A DNA stretch of 64,000 nucleotides, taken from assembly GCA_905178155.1 (NCBI GenBank), contig CAJINV010000005.1, positions 5,154,667 to 5,218,666 of the forward strand. The letters run 5' to 3'. Positions within the stretch are counted from its first letter, which is position 1. Each line of letters starts with the position of its first letter. Made by a program: the position numbers and the translations under genes. Under the pieces are notes generated by a model. It saw only the letters and a list, made by a program, of their open reading frames with translations, ran no database searches and was not told the origin of the DNA. Source of the DNA: Amoebophrya sp. A120 (taxonomy: Eukaryota; Protista; Dinoflagellata). Shown one piece after another: positions 51,934 through 63,479 of this stretch.

Positions 51934-53079
51934 TACAACTATCGGTCCGCCTCGCTTGGTCGTACAAATACCCTATATACTATACGGCAAGGAAAGTGAT
52001 TGGCGCCTAGCTCGATTTCTACTAGTAAAATCTTACTAGTAAGGAAAATCCGAGAATTTTATTAGTACACAACGTTGCTAGTAATCTTATCCGGACAAGC
52101 AAGCAAAAAAACTACTAGTAAGCGTACTAGTAGAGAGTTTACTAGGAGAAAGCTTACTAGTAGAAAACTGCCTCGCGGGCCGGCTCGCCCCGAGCTTGCG
52201 CCACAGAGCTCGCCCGCACTGCTTGCTTCCTTTGCCCCCTGTGGAGAAACTAGCGCCGAGCAAATAGTACCTGTGTGGTAGCGCGGGACGTGGCGCTCCT
52301 TCCCGGGAAAAGGGGGCGCAGCCGTGGGAGGGAAAGGACTTATTTGTCTGACTGAGGGTGGCGCGCTACGCGCTGGCGCGCCCGCAGGTTCAGGCGAACT
52401 AGCTCCGGCCCCGCCACGGTGCCGGTAGGGGGTTTGCGCTTTGTTTGGGTGGCCATGTTTTGCCTCGCGGGGGCGGCCCCCTCTTGGTGTGGATGCTCCG
52501 GCCGCCCTGAACGAAGAAAAAAGCGCCTTTTCTCAGTGCCCTAAATGGTTACTCCACACAGCGCGCCCAGTCCCATTGTGCTGGTTGCACCTGGCTGGCT
52601 GGCCAGGTTCTTTGTCGCGCAGTTTCCCCAGCTGCGCCCCTGTGGGCCCCGTCAAAAGCACCCCCACCGCCCTGGAAGCGTATACTAGAATGAGGAGCAG
52701 CCGCCCGCAAGGCTCGCAGCTTGGGGGGGTGCTCGCAAATTCATTCTTGGGAACCGCCCGGAAGGCTCTCCCCCTCCCACGTTGGGGCGGCCCCGGGCGT
52801 TTTTTCTGTTTCCCGGAGCTTCTCCTGCTCCTGGGGCCCGGGGCGGGCGGCTGTCACGCATTTGTCTTTCTCTAGGGGCGGGGCTCAGGCGCCCGGAAAA
52901 GCCCTGCGCCTGTAGAGTTTTCGCCCCCTCCTCTCCCCTTCCCCGCGACTGAGGACGCAGCCTTCCTAGTAGGAAATCGGGCCCATCTTCTTCTTGTCTA
53001 CTCCATACCTTTCCGGCGGTCGCGGAGCGACCGCCCGTGCTAGATACAACTATCGGTCCGCCTCGCTTCGTCGTGCAAA
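51934..53079. mobile_element. ~1.08-kb GC-rich insertion flanked by a 35-bp direct repeat
   Basis: TACAACTATCGGTCCGCCTCGCTT(G/C)GTCGT(A/G)CAAA at 51934-51968 and 53045-53079; repeated TACTAGTA motifs near the left end. Confidence 0.65.
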
Positions 53080-53686
53080 AAATTGCAGTTACGCAACATG
53101 TGTTTTTTGTACTCCTGTAGTCATCAATAAAAAACCGAAGCTTTTTCCGTTCATCCCCACAGGTACAATATCTTCCTGTACTTTCACAACACCCGAACGA
53201 CTTATTTTGCCTTTCATCTGCACGACGAAATTCAAATTATACCTCAAAATATCTCCCCCAAGAACGTACGAAGAAGAACTACGAAATTCAATCAACTTGC
53301 ACCATAAAAATGTGGAACAACATCGAAATACTATAGCGACTTGTTTTGAACGAAGACCCCATCTTAATTCGAGACAGCACAAGATCATATTAAACTGTGA
53401 CACTGGACGAGGTGCAGTGGTGGTGCGCGTGCTCAAAATATACTTAAGTAGAGGTACTAGACCCAGCAAGAGCAACAGGGTTTTCGTGCATAGTATTATC
53501 GACTCCTTGCGCCAAAATAGAGCGACGACTCCTGCAACGAACGCGGCTCCTGTGAGGAAGGAAAGACGGCACGATACCAAGAACGACCCTACGTCGAGCA
53601 CTGGGTTCTAGTACGTGTCCCCGGCAAGAACTATCCTTGACATCTTTCCACCAAACGAGTTGTAGTGCTTGCAGTTGGCCGCAAAA

Positions 53687-56210
53687 ATGTGCTGCCATCG
53701 CGACGGTGAGACGACCACAGCGGGCGAGGAGGAGAAGAGTAGCATGACCTACCGCAACTCGGCGGGGCGTACGGAGCGGCTCTCTTCTAGCCGCGAACTG
53801 CGGGGGTCCATCGAGTCGGATTCTACCTACTCCAGCTACTCCTCTGAGGCCCTGCCGTACGACGAGGATTTGGTTGTCATCTCGAACAAGCTATGAAATG
53901 CAAAAGTATCGTACTCGTAGTAATTGCATTTATGCATTACAAATCGCTTTGTCGAGGTAAATCAGGATTACAAATTTGATTTGTATTGCTTGGCTAACTT
54001 GTAATGCAATTTATACGAGTAGTATGCTTTTGCAATGCATACAAGCACGTTGGGTGCTGCTACTGCCTGAACACCACGGTGTGGCTCTTGCTGGGGGGGT
54101 ATCAAATGCAAAAATGTCTGGGTCGGGAAGAGCCAAACTTGTGATGCTGCATTTGGATGCTAAAAAAAGCTGTATTGCATGACCAGCAAGAGAATTCAAA
54201 TTTGGCTACGCGGAGAGGGCATTTCTCATGCTGGATGCGCATAGATAAGCGCTCAAAACATCGGTGATGTTATGGCATACATCACAGACATCATGGATCA
54301 TGGAAAATGTGCATGACAAAGTTGTGCTCTTCCAGACCCAGACACTTTTGCATTTGATAGTGGGTTGGAGATGTTCATTTTCTGGTGCCTTGCCGGCCTG
54401 GCTTGCGCCCTCAGCATCGTGGGATTTTCCTGGGCCAAGAAGTGCTTCAGCATTGCCTGCATCGTTCTCATGCCGTGGAAAAAGTCGGGCCGCGGGGTCG
54501 TCTATCAAATGCAAATATGTCTGGGTCTGGAAACTTGTGATGCTGTTTGGCGCATAATCATGTGGACGCCTTCATTGACAGCCAAGCATGACAAGTTTCC
54601 GAGTCACTATAATGTTGCCTATCCGCATGACAAACTGCGTTTCTGCATTCGAGAGAAGTGTGGCTTTATTTGGGTGGCGTGCATGACAGACTTGAGAGCC
54701 ATGCTAGCCGTGCATGACAAGCCTTGCATTCTTCCAGACCCGGACATATTTGCAATGCATATCGTCAAGAAGCACATTTACTACATCCGGAACGTGCGCT
54801 ATCGCAAGAAAAAACTGTTTCACTGTATTAAACTTGTGATGCATGGAATGCAACGCAGACGCATTTGTCTTGCTACTCATGCAAGACATTGTCTTTTTCA
54901 ATGTGTTTTCCCTTAGGTAGTACGCATGGCAGGTTTATTCCCTTGTCATGTGTAACGAACTTGTAATGCAAAAGTTGCAAAGTCCTCACAGTGAAACAGT
55001 TTTTTCTCACGATATGCGCCCAAATTACTGCGGGATTTTCATGTGGTACGTGTTTCCGCTGTGTGCTCTATCAAATGCAAAAATGACTTGGTCTGGAAGA
55101 GTGCAGACATTTGTGATGCAGTTTTTGCCTAGCCCAGATCGTCTGGCATGCAAGCCCTAGCATCACAGATTCCGAGCAGATATAATCCCAATGCCTAATC
55201 CGCATGAAAAGTGCCGCCTTTCTGTAACAGGAAGCGAGGCCTTTTGCTGACCATGCATGACAGATTTTGTCATGATGTAGAATTCGCATTACAAATTCGA
55301 ATCCTTCCAGAGCCAGACATATTTGCAATGCATATGCTCCGATCCTGAGCATTCTGCACCTGGTGTTTGCCCTCTTGAACCTGCTCACGCTGATCGGCAT
55401 TCCCTTTATCAAGTGCAAAAATGTCTGGGTCTGGAAGAGTCCGTGTTTGTCATGCTTGTCTGGAGTGACTCTTAAATCTGTCATGCACGTTACCCAAACG
55501 CCCCATTTATCTGTGATGCAGAATCACAGTTTGTCATGCAGAATAGGCAACACCTAGAAGCTCAGAAACTTGTCATGCTGAGCCAGCACTTGTGGCCTCA
55601 TCATGAGACGCCACCCAGCATCACAAGTTTCCAGACCCAGATATTTTTACATTTGATTCCCTTCGCCTACCAGCATTTCAAGTGGGCCGCGATGGTGTGG
55701 CGGTGCGGGGCCATCGCGCTTACCCTCGATATCAATTGCAAATACTGAATATCCCCCCTTGATGCTGTAGTGGTGGTCTGGAACAAGAACATTTATTTTG
55801 CCACACCACTTGTCGTTGTCCACCTCACATGCAGCTCATCTGCTGGCGCGGACAGGAAAAAAAGACCTGTCATCGACATGTAACGCTACCGCGCTATTCT
55901 TTTGTGATGCAAAAACGATGTTTCTTTGATGTGTTTCTCATGCATTTTACGCAAGTGACCTAGGCTTAGCACTAGCTGCTCAGAAATTTGTCAACTACAT
56001 GCGTGTCCTCGGCCCCATGAAAATATTGGAGGTTGGTTGTTAAGTATGATGCGCATCAAAGTCAAAGAAACTAGCACGACAATCGTTTAATATTCCAGAC
56101 GTCCAGGGGGATAGTACTTATTTGCACTCTCGATACTCGAGGAGGCCGAGCAACTGACTGGGAGCTACGCGAAAGCGGGATACGACTCCGAAGAAAATGA
56201 TGACTACTAA
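53687..56210 (+). CDS. YccF-domain (DUF307, inner-membrane-component) protein with two repeats; 7 introners
   Basis: Reconstructed LNTTVWLLLGGLEMFIFWCLAGLACALSIVGFSWAKKCFSIACIVLMPW and ILSILHLVFALLNLLTLIGIPFAYQHFKWAAMVW match the YccF repeat pattern (W...GG ... TIIGIPFA.QH.K). Ends ...EENDDY* at 56210. Confidence 0.8.
54800..55014. mobile_element. Introner family G (type copy; ~205-230 bp; TIR TATCGCAAGAAAAAACTGTTTCACTGT)
   Basis: TSD TGCGC. Other copies or relatives: 30123-30329, 35669-35876, 35952-36181, 40471-40679, 47925-48133, 48490-48699, 60114-60322. Confidence 0.9.
55730..56135. mobile_element. Diverged, expanded A-like introner (406 bp)
   Basis: TAT...ATA ends, TSD CTCGA, decayed TIR; frame restored (LTLE|EAEQ). 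Confidence 0.75.
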
Positions 56211-58199
56211 GAATGTAGTATCAAATGCAAAAATGTCTAGACGTCTGGAAGGTTGGAACTTGTGATGCTAACTTTGGACTCTACAAAAATCTGTATTGCA
56301 TGACGGACCAGCAAGAGGAGTCTACTGTTTGTGCTACGCAGGGAGGGCTGCATTTGTCATGCGGCGTGGGTACTATCAGGAAGCCCTCTAAATAAAATCT
56401 GTGATGCTAGGTCGTGCATTACAGACATCCATCCTGGGTCATGCAAAATATGCATGACAAACCCGGCAACATTCCAGACCCAGACGCTTTTGCGTTTGAT
56501 ATGTAGTGTAGTAGTACTTACTACAACCGAAGCGACGACGAGGAGAGCGACTGAGAAGAGACGACTCGCCTAGGAACTACTGCTACAAAAAAACGCGGAA
56601 AAGAATATTATGGATTCAATCATTCAAGTTATTGTTCATCTTCATACGCAAGTAGATCAAGTCCGCCGGCGCAGCACCATCAATCCGGAAGTTGTACCAG
56701 ACCTCCACTCGGATTTTTTACTATTTTCACCAGATGTACCACTACATCAAACGACTGAGCAGCAGCAGCAGTCCACCAAAGTGCATAGTTTACTAATGTC
56801 TGTGTTATCTAAAAGTAGTTCTACTAAGTGCAGCGGACTGTTCTGAAAATGAATTAAAGAGCAGGTTCATTTTATTTTGGTTTTGCATTTTACTTTTTGT
56901 TTTTTATACATTTAACATTTTCATCATCCATTATTGTAAAAATTGTTCTACGAAAATAGAGTAGCGAAGATTTTGAATATCCTTATAATTGCCTATATAA
57001 TTAAGTTTAAAACTCACTACACGAATGTTCTTGTAAGTATGTTTTCGGTTTTTTAGCATTGAAGACGAAGAGGAGAATTTTTTGCACTTTTGTTCCCGCT
57101 TGCCTGCGAGATTTTATACCTGAATACTACTTCAATCAGCTTCAGAAGTCGCCGCTGAATGTGTTGTCTTCGTGGTGGCTGCTTACTGAAATATAGTACT
57201 TCCGTCGAGGCGCGGCAGGGAGGACCACCTGAAGCAACGTACAAACAAGCTGCGTCGAGGTTGTAGTGTCGATGGTACTATCATCTCGAGGAAAGTTGGG
57301 TAAGAAGTCATTCGAGTAGAAACAATAAACAAAGTACTTTGTACCAGCTAAAAATGTCACTAAATTTTGTATTGCCGGCAAATTGTTTATACGACCGGCG
57401 CTCCTGAGCAAGAGACTATCAGGCAGCAGTGTCCGCTAGCGAGGAGGACGTGCAGATCATGGACCACTTACAAGACACAAAATGCAAACAGCATCAAGCG
57501 GCCTGTTGCCCGCAGCTGCGCGCATTGAATAAAGACCGTGGTTGTGATTCAGATTGTAATCGACCCGAGGAGTGGTCCAACTTGTTGTACTAGCGAAAAC
57601 ACATTTGAAGACGATGCTGCTGCCATCAGGATGAACTGTACATTCATAAAACTACCGGCGAGCCACGGCGGAGGGAGCGGTCGATTGTTTTGGAGACCAC
57701 TAGCGTGACGCCGACCTTCCGTGAGTACAGGGAGGACAGACACCTCCTAAGTTGTTCGAAAGATCGTGAAAGGCCACGGAAGATGGTGCAGCGGGTTCTT
57801 CGGCTTCCCTCACGACCCTTTTGGTGCATCGTTGAGTGGTTCGTTTTCCCAGTAGTCGTGACCACAGGTGCATCAAATACAAAACAGTGCCAGAAGTCGG
57901 GCAAATGAATACGAGGGTGCAGCTGGGACGTACTTGTAGTTACCCCAAGCAAGCAAATAAGCAAGGAACCACAGTGGAGGGCGTTGTAGTATCTCTGTCT
58001 GAAAAATCCGATTCCTAGCTCTTGGTCTTGACTCCAAAAGTAGACGTAGCATGTCGCATTTGCATTGCAAAGCAGCGAGCATAAAGAACGCCCGACCTGT
58101 GCCTGTCATCCTGGCGCAAGGCAAGGGCTCTTGCAATTATATGGCAAGCGAAAAATAGATAAGATCGGTAATGGTACGACGGCTCACTGTCACTCGGTC

Positions 58200-59202
58200 G
58201 ATATTGCAATGATTTGTAAAAGCTATCGGTCCGCATCTTCGCTCGGTCCATCTCTGATTGGCGCCCGGGAGGGCTTTTCGGCCCACCTGCTGTGGCTATC
58301 CCGCATGCTATGGTGGGTCGGAAGGTGCCAGAAGGTGGGGCCCAAAATGTGGCCTGGGGCGGCTTTTTGGGCACCAGCTGGAGGCTTACCCGCCCGCTAT
58401 GGTGGGCTGGAGGCCTCCCAAAACGGGTCCGGGGTGCAGATAGGGGGGGTCCAGCGGGACTTTGGCGGGACTTGGATGGCCGACCGTTTTTCTGGTCGGA
58501 AAATCGGCCATTTTAGCTCGAGCGAGCCGCTTCAGAAACCAAGTCCCGCTGAAGTCCCGCTGAAGTCCCGCTGGACCCCCCCTATCTGCACCCCGGCCCC
58601 GTTTTTGGGAGGCCTCCGGCCCACCATGGCGGGCGGGTAAACCTCCAATTGGTGCCCAAAAAGCTGTCCGCGGCAACATCTGCGGACGCGGGCCATACCA
58701 TGCGCCCTCGCGCCAGCACCGGGCGGATTCCGGCTCCTCCGGGAGACAAATTGGGGGGCCTCCACGCCCTCGGAAAAAAGTGCGCGGACTCCCGGGGGAG
58801 ATAGGCGAGGCAGAGGGCCCGTTCCGCTGTACCGAAAAGGCCGGCCCCCGGGCCACCCTTCCGGGCCGCCGCCCCCTTCCCGGCCCCCCCTATAGGCCCT
58901 CCGCCTTCCCGCCAGCTTCCCACCCCCTCTCTCTTCCTTTCCGGCCCCCATCCCGGTCCGGAATGGTCCTCCGGCGGGCCGCACGCAGTCGCTGCGCATC
59001 TGGTCTGATTTCTTCCATCTTGCTTTGGCAGATGGAGAACCAACGCAATTTGCTGCCAATTGACGCACCTACTTTCCGCATACTTTGCAAGTACCGCACG
59101 AGACCCGGAAGGCTTCACATTAACGACCCTTCCAGCTCTAAGATATTGCAATGATTTGTAAAAGCTATCGGTCGGCATCTTCGCTCGGTCCATCTCTGAT
59201 TG
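58200..59202. mobile_element. 881-bp GC-rich insertion flanked by a 61-bp direct repeat
   Basis: GATATTGCAATGATTTGTAAAAGCTATCGGTC(C/G)GCATCTTCGCTCGGTCCATCTCTGATTG at 58200-58260 and 59142-59202; internal ~100-bp inverted repeat (~58360-58470 versus ~58550-58665). Confidence 0.7.
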
Positions 59203-60004
59203 TTGCTCGGTGCTACGGTTATCGGAGTTTGATTCTTGTACCATAATCCGAAGCGGAACAAACACAAACTTTGACTTTCTCATCTTCATCAATCTTGTTG
59301 ACGTCGTCGGTCGCGAAGAACAAGTTCTGTGTGAAGAGTCTTCGGGATCAAGATTTACAAGAAATTCGCTGCAGCAGAGTCGAAGCTAAGCTATGATCAT
59401 TTAGTTTCGAATATTTAGTTGTGAAAAAGATTTCATCTTCATAATTCTGACGTTTCTTTTCAATACCGCTTGCTACAGTGCAGCTCCTGAAGGTTGTAAA
59501 TAGAGCCACAAACTGCCAACTTCTCCTCCTCGCGACGGGGCCTCCCGTTCTTAACCGAAAACTACTAAATCGAAGACTTTTATTAACGTGGTCTGTTGAC
59601 AGATCACGCAACTATTTCTACAATCTCTAGTACCTACTTGAGGCGACTCGAAAATAGATTTTTGAGGAACAACTCGAAATAAGTGCAAATGTTTCTTTTT
59701 TTGTCTTCGCGTTCGCATAGTGTTTGTGGTGTAGTAGTGCTGTACCACACGACGACGTCGACCCAGCGTGAAGTACAACTATTTCGTGGAATAAGTACGA
59801 GTCAACGAGCAGGAACAAGTACTTAGACGAAGAGCTGCACCGCCAATCTAAAAATCGTCAATAGAAATAGAAAACAAGTCGAAGAACTATAGCTACAGGT
59901 CACAACTACAGATCTATCACAAGGAACTACAGAGCCGCGCCAAGATCAAAAAAAAAATTGGAGGCAAGGCAACTTTACAACTCGTCCGTAGGACAGCACC
60001 TACT

Positions 60005-63000
60005 ATGTTTTCGCAAGTGAAGAAAACCTCGGGCCTTTTGGCCACTGTTCTGACCGCGGGGGAGCTTCCTCACCCGGGTGCGGGACTTCTTGTACTAGAG
60101 CAGGAACAGCAGGCATCCCACGAAAAAACTGTTTCACTGTGGTGATTTTTGACGATCTGCATCACAAGTTTGTTACACATGACACAGAAAACCTGCCATG
60201 CGCACTTCCCCAGGGAAAACACGCTTAAAAATCCAATGTCTTGCAGGTGTAACAAGATAAATAGTTCTGTGTTCCATTCTATGCATCACAAGTTCACAGT
60301 GAAACAGTTTTTTCTTGCGATAGCAGGAGATGGAAAACACCAAGGCCCCTCAACCGCCGCCGGGGATCATGCGTGTACTCGGCAAATTTGGTCCTTGGGC
60401 GATGAAAAACATTGCTGACATGAAGGCGGCGATCGTGGAGCGGCAAGTGGTGGAGAAAATCATATCAAATGCAAAAATTTCTGGGTCTGGGAGATTGCGA
60501 GATTTGTCATGCTAGTCTGGCATGCGCATGGCTCTCAAGTCTGTCATGCGCGCCACCCAAAAGCCACATTTCTATGTCATGCAGAAACGCAGTTTGTCAT
60601 GCAGATAGACAAGACTATAGCTTAGCAACCCCAAAACTTGTCATGCTTGGCTGTCAATGAAGGCGTCCACATGATTCTCCAAACAGCATCACAAGTTTCC
60701 CAGACCCAGACATATTTGCATTGGATAAATCAAGGACAAGTACCAGACATTTCACGAAGACAACATGGAGTTCATTTCTAGCGGGCTCCTATGGATTGCA
60801 AAAATGTCTGGGTCTGGAAGAATGCAGGAGTTTGTCATGCAGATTTTGCATGACCCATGAGGTCTGTGATGCATGCCCTAGCATCAGAGATTTTGCGAGG
60901 GCTTTCTGATGCTCATACCGCATGAGAAATGCCCTCTCCGCGTAGCACAAAATACACCTCTTTTGCTGTTCATGCAATACAGATTTGACGTAGAGTCCAG
61001 AGGTAGCATCACAAGTTGCATCCTTCCAGACCCAGACATTTTTGCATTTGATAGCTCCTGGGAAACGAGAATTGGACGGGGCTACAGCCGGGCACGATTG
61101 TTCTGGGGAAAACTACCCTCGCCGGCGCGGCCCATATGCATTGCAAAAGCATCGTACTAGTAGAAATCACATTACAAATTCGGCCAGCATGACAAATGGA
61201 ATTTGTCATGCTGTTTTGCCTTGAAAAAGAGATTTGCAATGCATAAATGCAATTACTACGAGTACGATACTTTTGCAATGCATAGCCCAGGGGCCGGTGC
61301 AAGATGCATTCCCGAATTACGACGTCTACAAGGTGGTGGTATCCTGTGCAAAAGTTGTATCGTACTCGTACTACTTGCAATCTTGCATGACAAACTTACC
61401 TTTTTAGCTGAATTAGCATTACAAATTCCATTTTTCTTTCTGATAAAATTTGTAATGCAATTTATACTACTAGTACGATATTACTTTTGCAATGCATAGG
61501 TGGAAAATAACGGCAACGTCGGTGACGCGGTCAAGTTCTTGCCCGTGTTCCGTCATTATCAAATGTAAAAATGTCTGGGTCTGGAAGAATGCAAGACTTG
61601 TGATGCAGGTTTTCCATGACCCATGAGGTCTGGAATGCGAGACCCAGCATGACAGATTTTTTGCGGTCTCTATCATGCCCTTCCTGCATGAGAAACTCCC
61701 TCTCAACTTGGTCAGAAGCGGACAGCTTTTGGTACTCACGCAACACAGATTTTTGCGTCATTCAGATTTAGCACGACAAGTTCCAACCTTCCGGACGTAG
61801 GCCGGATCATCCCCCTCAAGATAAGATCACCCCCCTCAAGTTTCCAAGATCACCCCCCTCAAGGGCATAGGGTTTAGGTTTTAGGGCTTAGGGGGTAGGG
61901 TTTCGGCGGTGTCGTCTGGGCCAGCCGTCGCGACGGCGCCGTCGCGACGGCTGGCCCAGACGATTCCCTCTTTCCTGTTCCGGGCCCGGGGCACGCACCG
62001 CCGTGCCGCCCTCGCCCCCCCCTTTGTTTGTTTCCCCTTCCCTTCCCCCTTCATTGGTTTGCCGTGACCCGGCTCGGGGGCGGGGACACGCTCACTGTGC
62101 CGCCTTTGTTGCCTCGGGGGGCGAGGCGCTAGGCGCTCCCGGGCTTCCTCGGGTGGCTGCCCGCCTGTGGCACATCTTGAGCCAGGAAACCTATTGGAAG
62201 GCCTTCCAGCAAATAGACACCAACGCCGCCCCGCCCTGCCCCCGGTCTGCCTGCCGCCGGCCCGCCTGCCCTTGTCCCCCCCCGTAGCCTGGCTGCCTGC
62301 CCCTGGCCTCGCTCGTGGCCCCCTTCCTACCTTCCTGCCCCTGGCCCACCCCCTGGCCCCCCTCAACCCCCCCCCCTGCATCTTGAGGGGGGTGATCCTT
62401 GGGGGGATGATCCTGCCTATGTCCCAACCTTCCAGACCCAGACATTTTTGCACTTGATAGTCATCCCAACCCGGACACCAACGGCGCGGCGCCACTTGTT
62501 CTCCCGACGGGGCCCCCGGTGGGTGAACAGTCGCCCGTTGGGGATGCGGCGACGCCGTTCGAGCTGCCGGATGACATGCAGCTGTTCGAAATGCCTCGCG
62601 CCACCTTATGGCGTTCTCAAACGTTACAGTCTCAGCTGTTACATGAATTTGTAATGCAAGAATGGCAAAAGCAAAAGGGGGAAGATAAAGATTGCAAAAA
62701 TTGCATGAGGACAAATCCCGCGCAGATCTAGGTGCTGTTTAGCCCTTCGCAAATTTGTTATGCGAAGCCGTTTGATCTTGTGGATGATGGTGGTAGTTCT
62801 GCATGACAAATGCATGTAACAGCTAAGAGTGTAAACGTTTGAGAACTCCATACACCTCCAAGTTCCGGGCCATGGTGCGAGCGAAGGACGAGAAAAAATC
62901 CGGGCTTTACTGGGTTACCGTGCCCGGTGACGCGGGTTATTCTGAGTAAAAACGCCCCCACCCCAGAGTTGTCCCAAAGTTCGAAACTTCTCTGTGCTTT

Positions 63001-63348
63001 AAATTTGGTCTTTTCCAGTACATAAAACACCCCAGAGTTGTCATGCAAATCTGCATGCCAAAAAAGTTTCTCATGCGGAGCCCCATGGGAAGCATTTTCT
63101 AGTCGTCTTTTGGAGTTTGTGATGCGAGAATCAGCATGATGTGCTAGATCTGTGATGCTGCTGAACTAGAAAAACAGGATCACACTATGAGGGCAAACTT
63201 GTCATGCGAAACAGCGAAAGCTGGTTGCTTTGTCTAGCAGATTTCTCATCTTGACTCCAGTGTGGGGACGTTTTTACTCAGGATACGGGTGAAGATCTCA
63301 CCTTCGCGCCGGACTTCACGTTCGAGCAGGTTACGGCGTCTCTCTTGG
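60005..63348 (+). CDS. Hypothetical protein, 5' part (3' end not in the window); 9 introners
   Basis: In-frame joins across all elements: MFSQVKKTSGLLATVLTAG...EKIKDKYQTFHEDNMEFISSGLLGNENWTGLQPGTIVLGK...YDVYKVVENNGNVGDAVKFLPVFRHPNPD...KSGLYWVTVPGDAGEDLTFAPDFTFEQV. Confidence 0.7.
61793..62424. mobile_element. Non-autonomous TIR element with 9-bp TSD (Mutator-like), nested in an introner
   Basis: Left end GGACGTAGGCCGGATCATCCCCC versus right end reverse complement GGACATAGGCAGGATCATCCCCC; subterminal GATCACCCCCCTCAAG repeats; perfect TSD CAACCTTCC at 61784-61792 and 62425-62433. Confidence 0.85.
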
Positions 63349-63479
63349 TATGAATTGCAAAAGTATATAATCTTGCTAGTAGAAAAAATCGCATGACAAA
63401 TTTTCTCAGCATGAGAACTGGAATTTGTAGTGCGGGTTTACCCAAAGAAAAAGATTTGTAATGCATGACTGTAATAATT

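Noticed and set aside
52994-53611. 205-aa plus-strand and 170-aa minus-strand ORFs upstream of the YccF gene
   Set aside because: Both start at non-ATG codons, have no recognisable motif or introners, and the plus ORF overlaps an insert boundary; probably UTR or intergenic.
58065-59292. Several overlapping 150-240 aa ORFs as a possible transposase or recombinase
   Set aside because: They are G/P/R/A-rich products of a GC-rich insert with internal inverted repeats; no catalytic motifs are seen.
61868-61905. Telomere-like repeats (also TAACCCTAACCCTAA at ~4023-4037)
   Set aside because: They are short, degenerate and internal to inserted elements; not a chromosome end.
61881-62714. 277-aa minus-strand ORF
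   Set aside because: It spans a MITE, an introner end and an antisense exon; low complexity with no domain.
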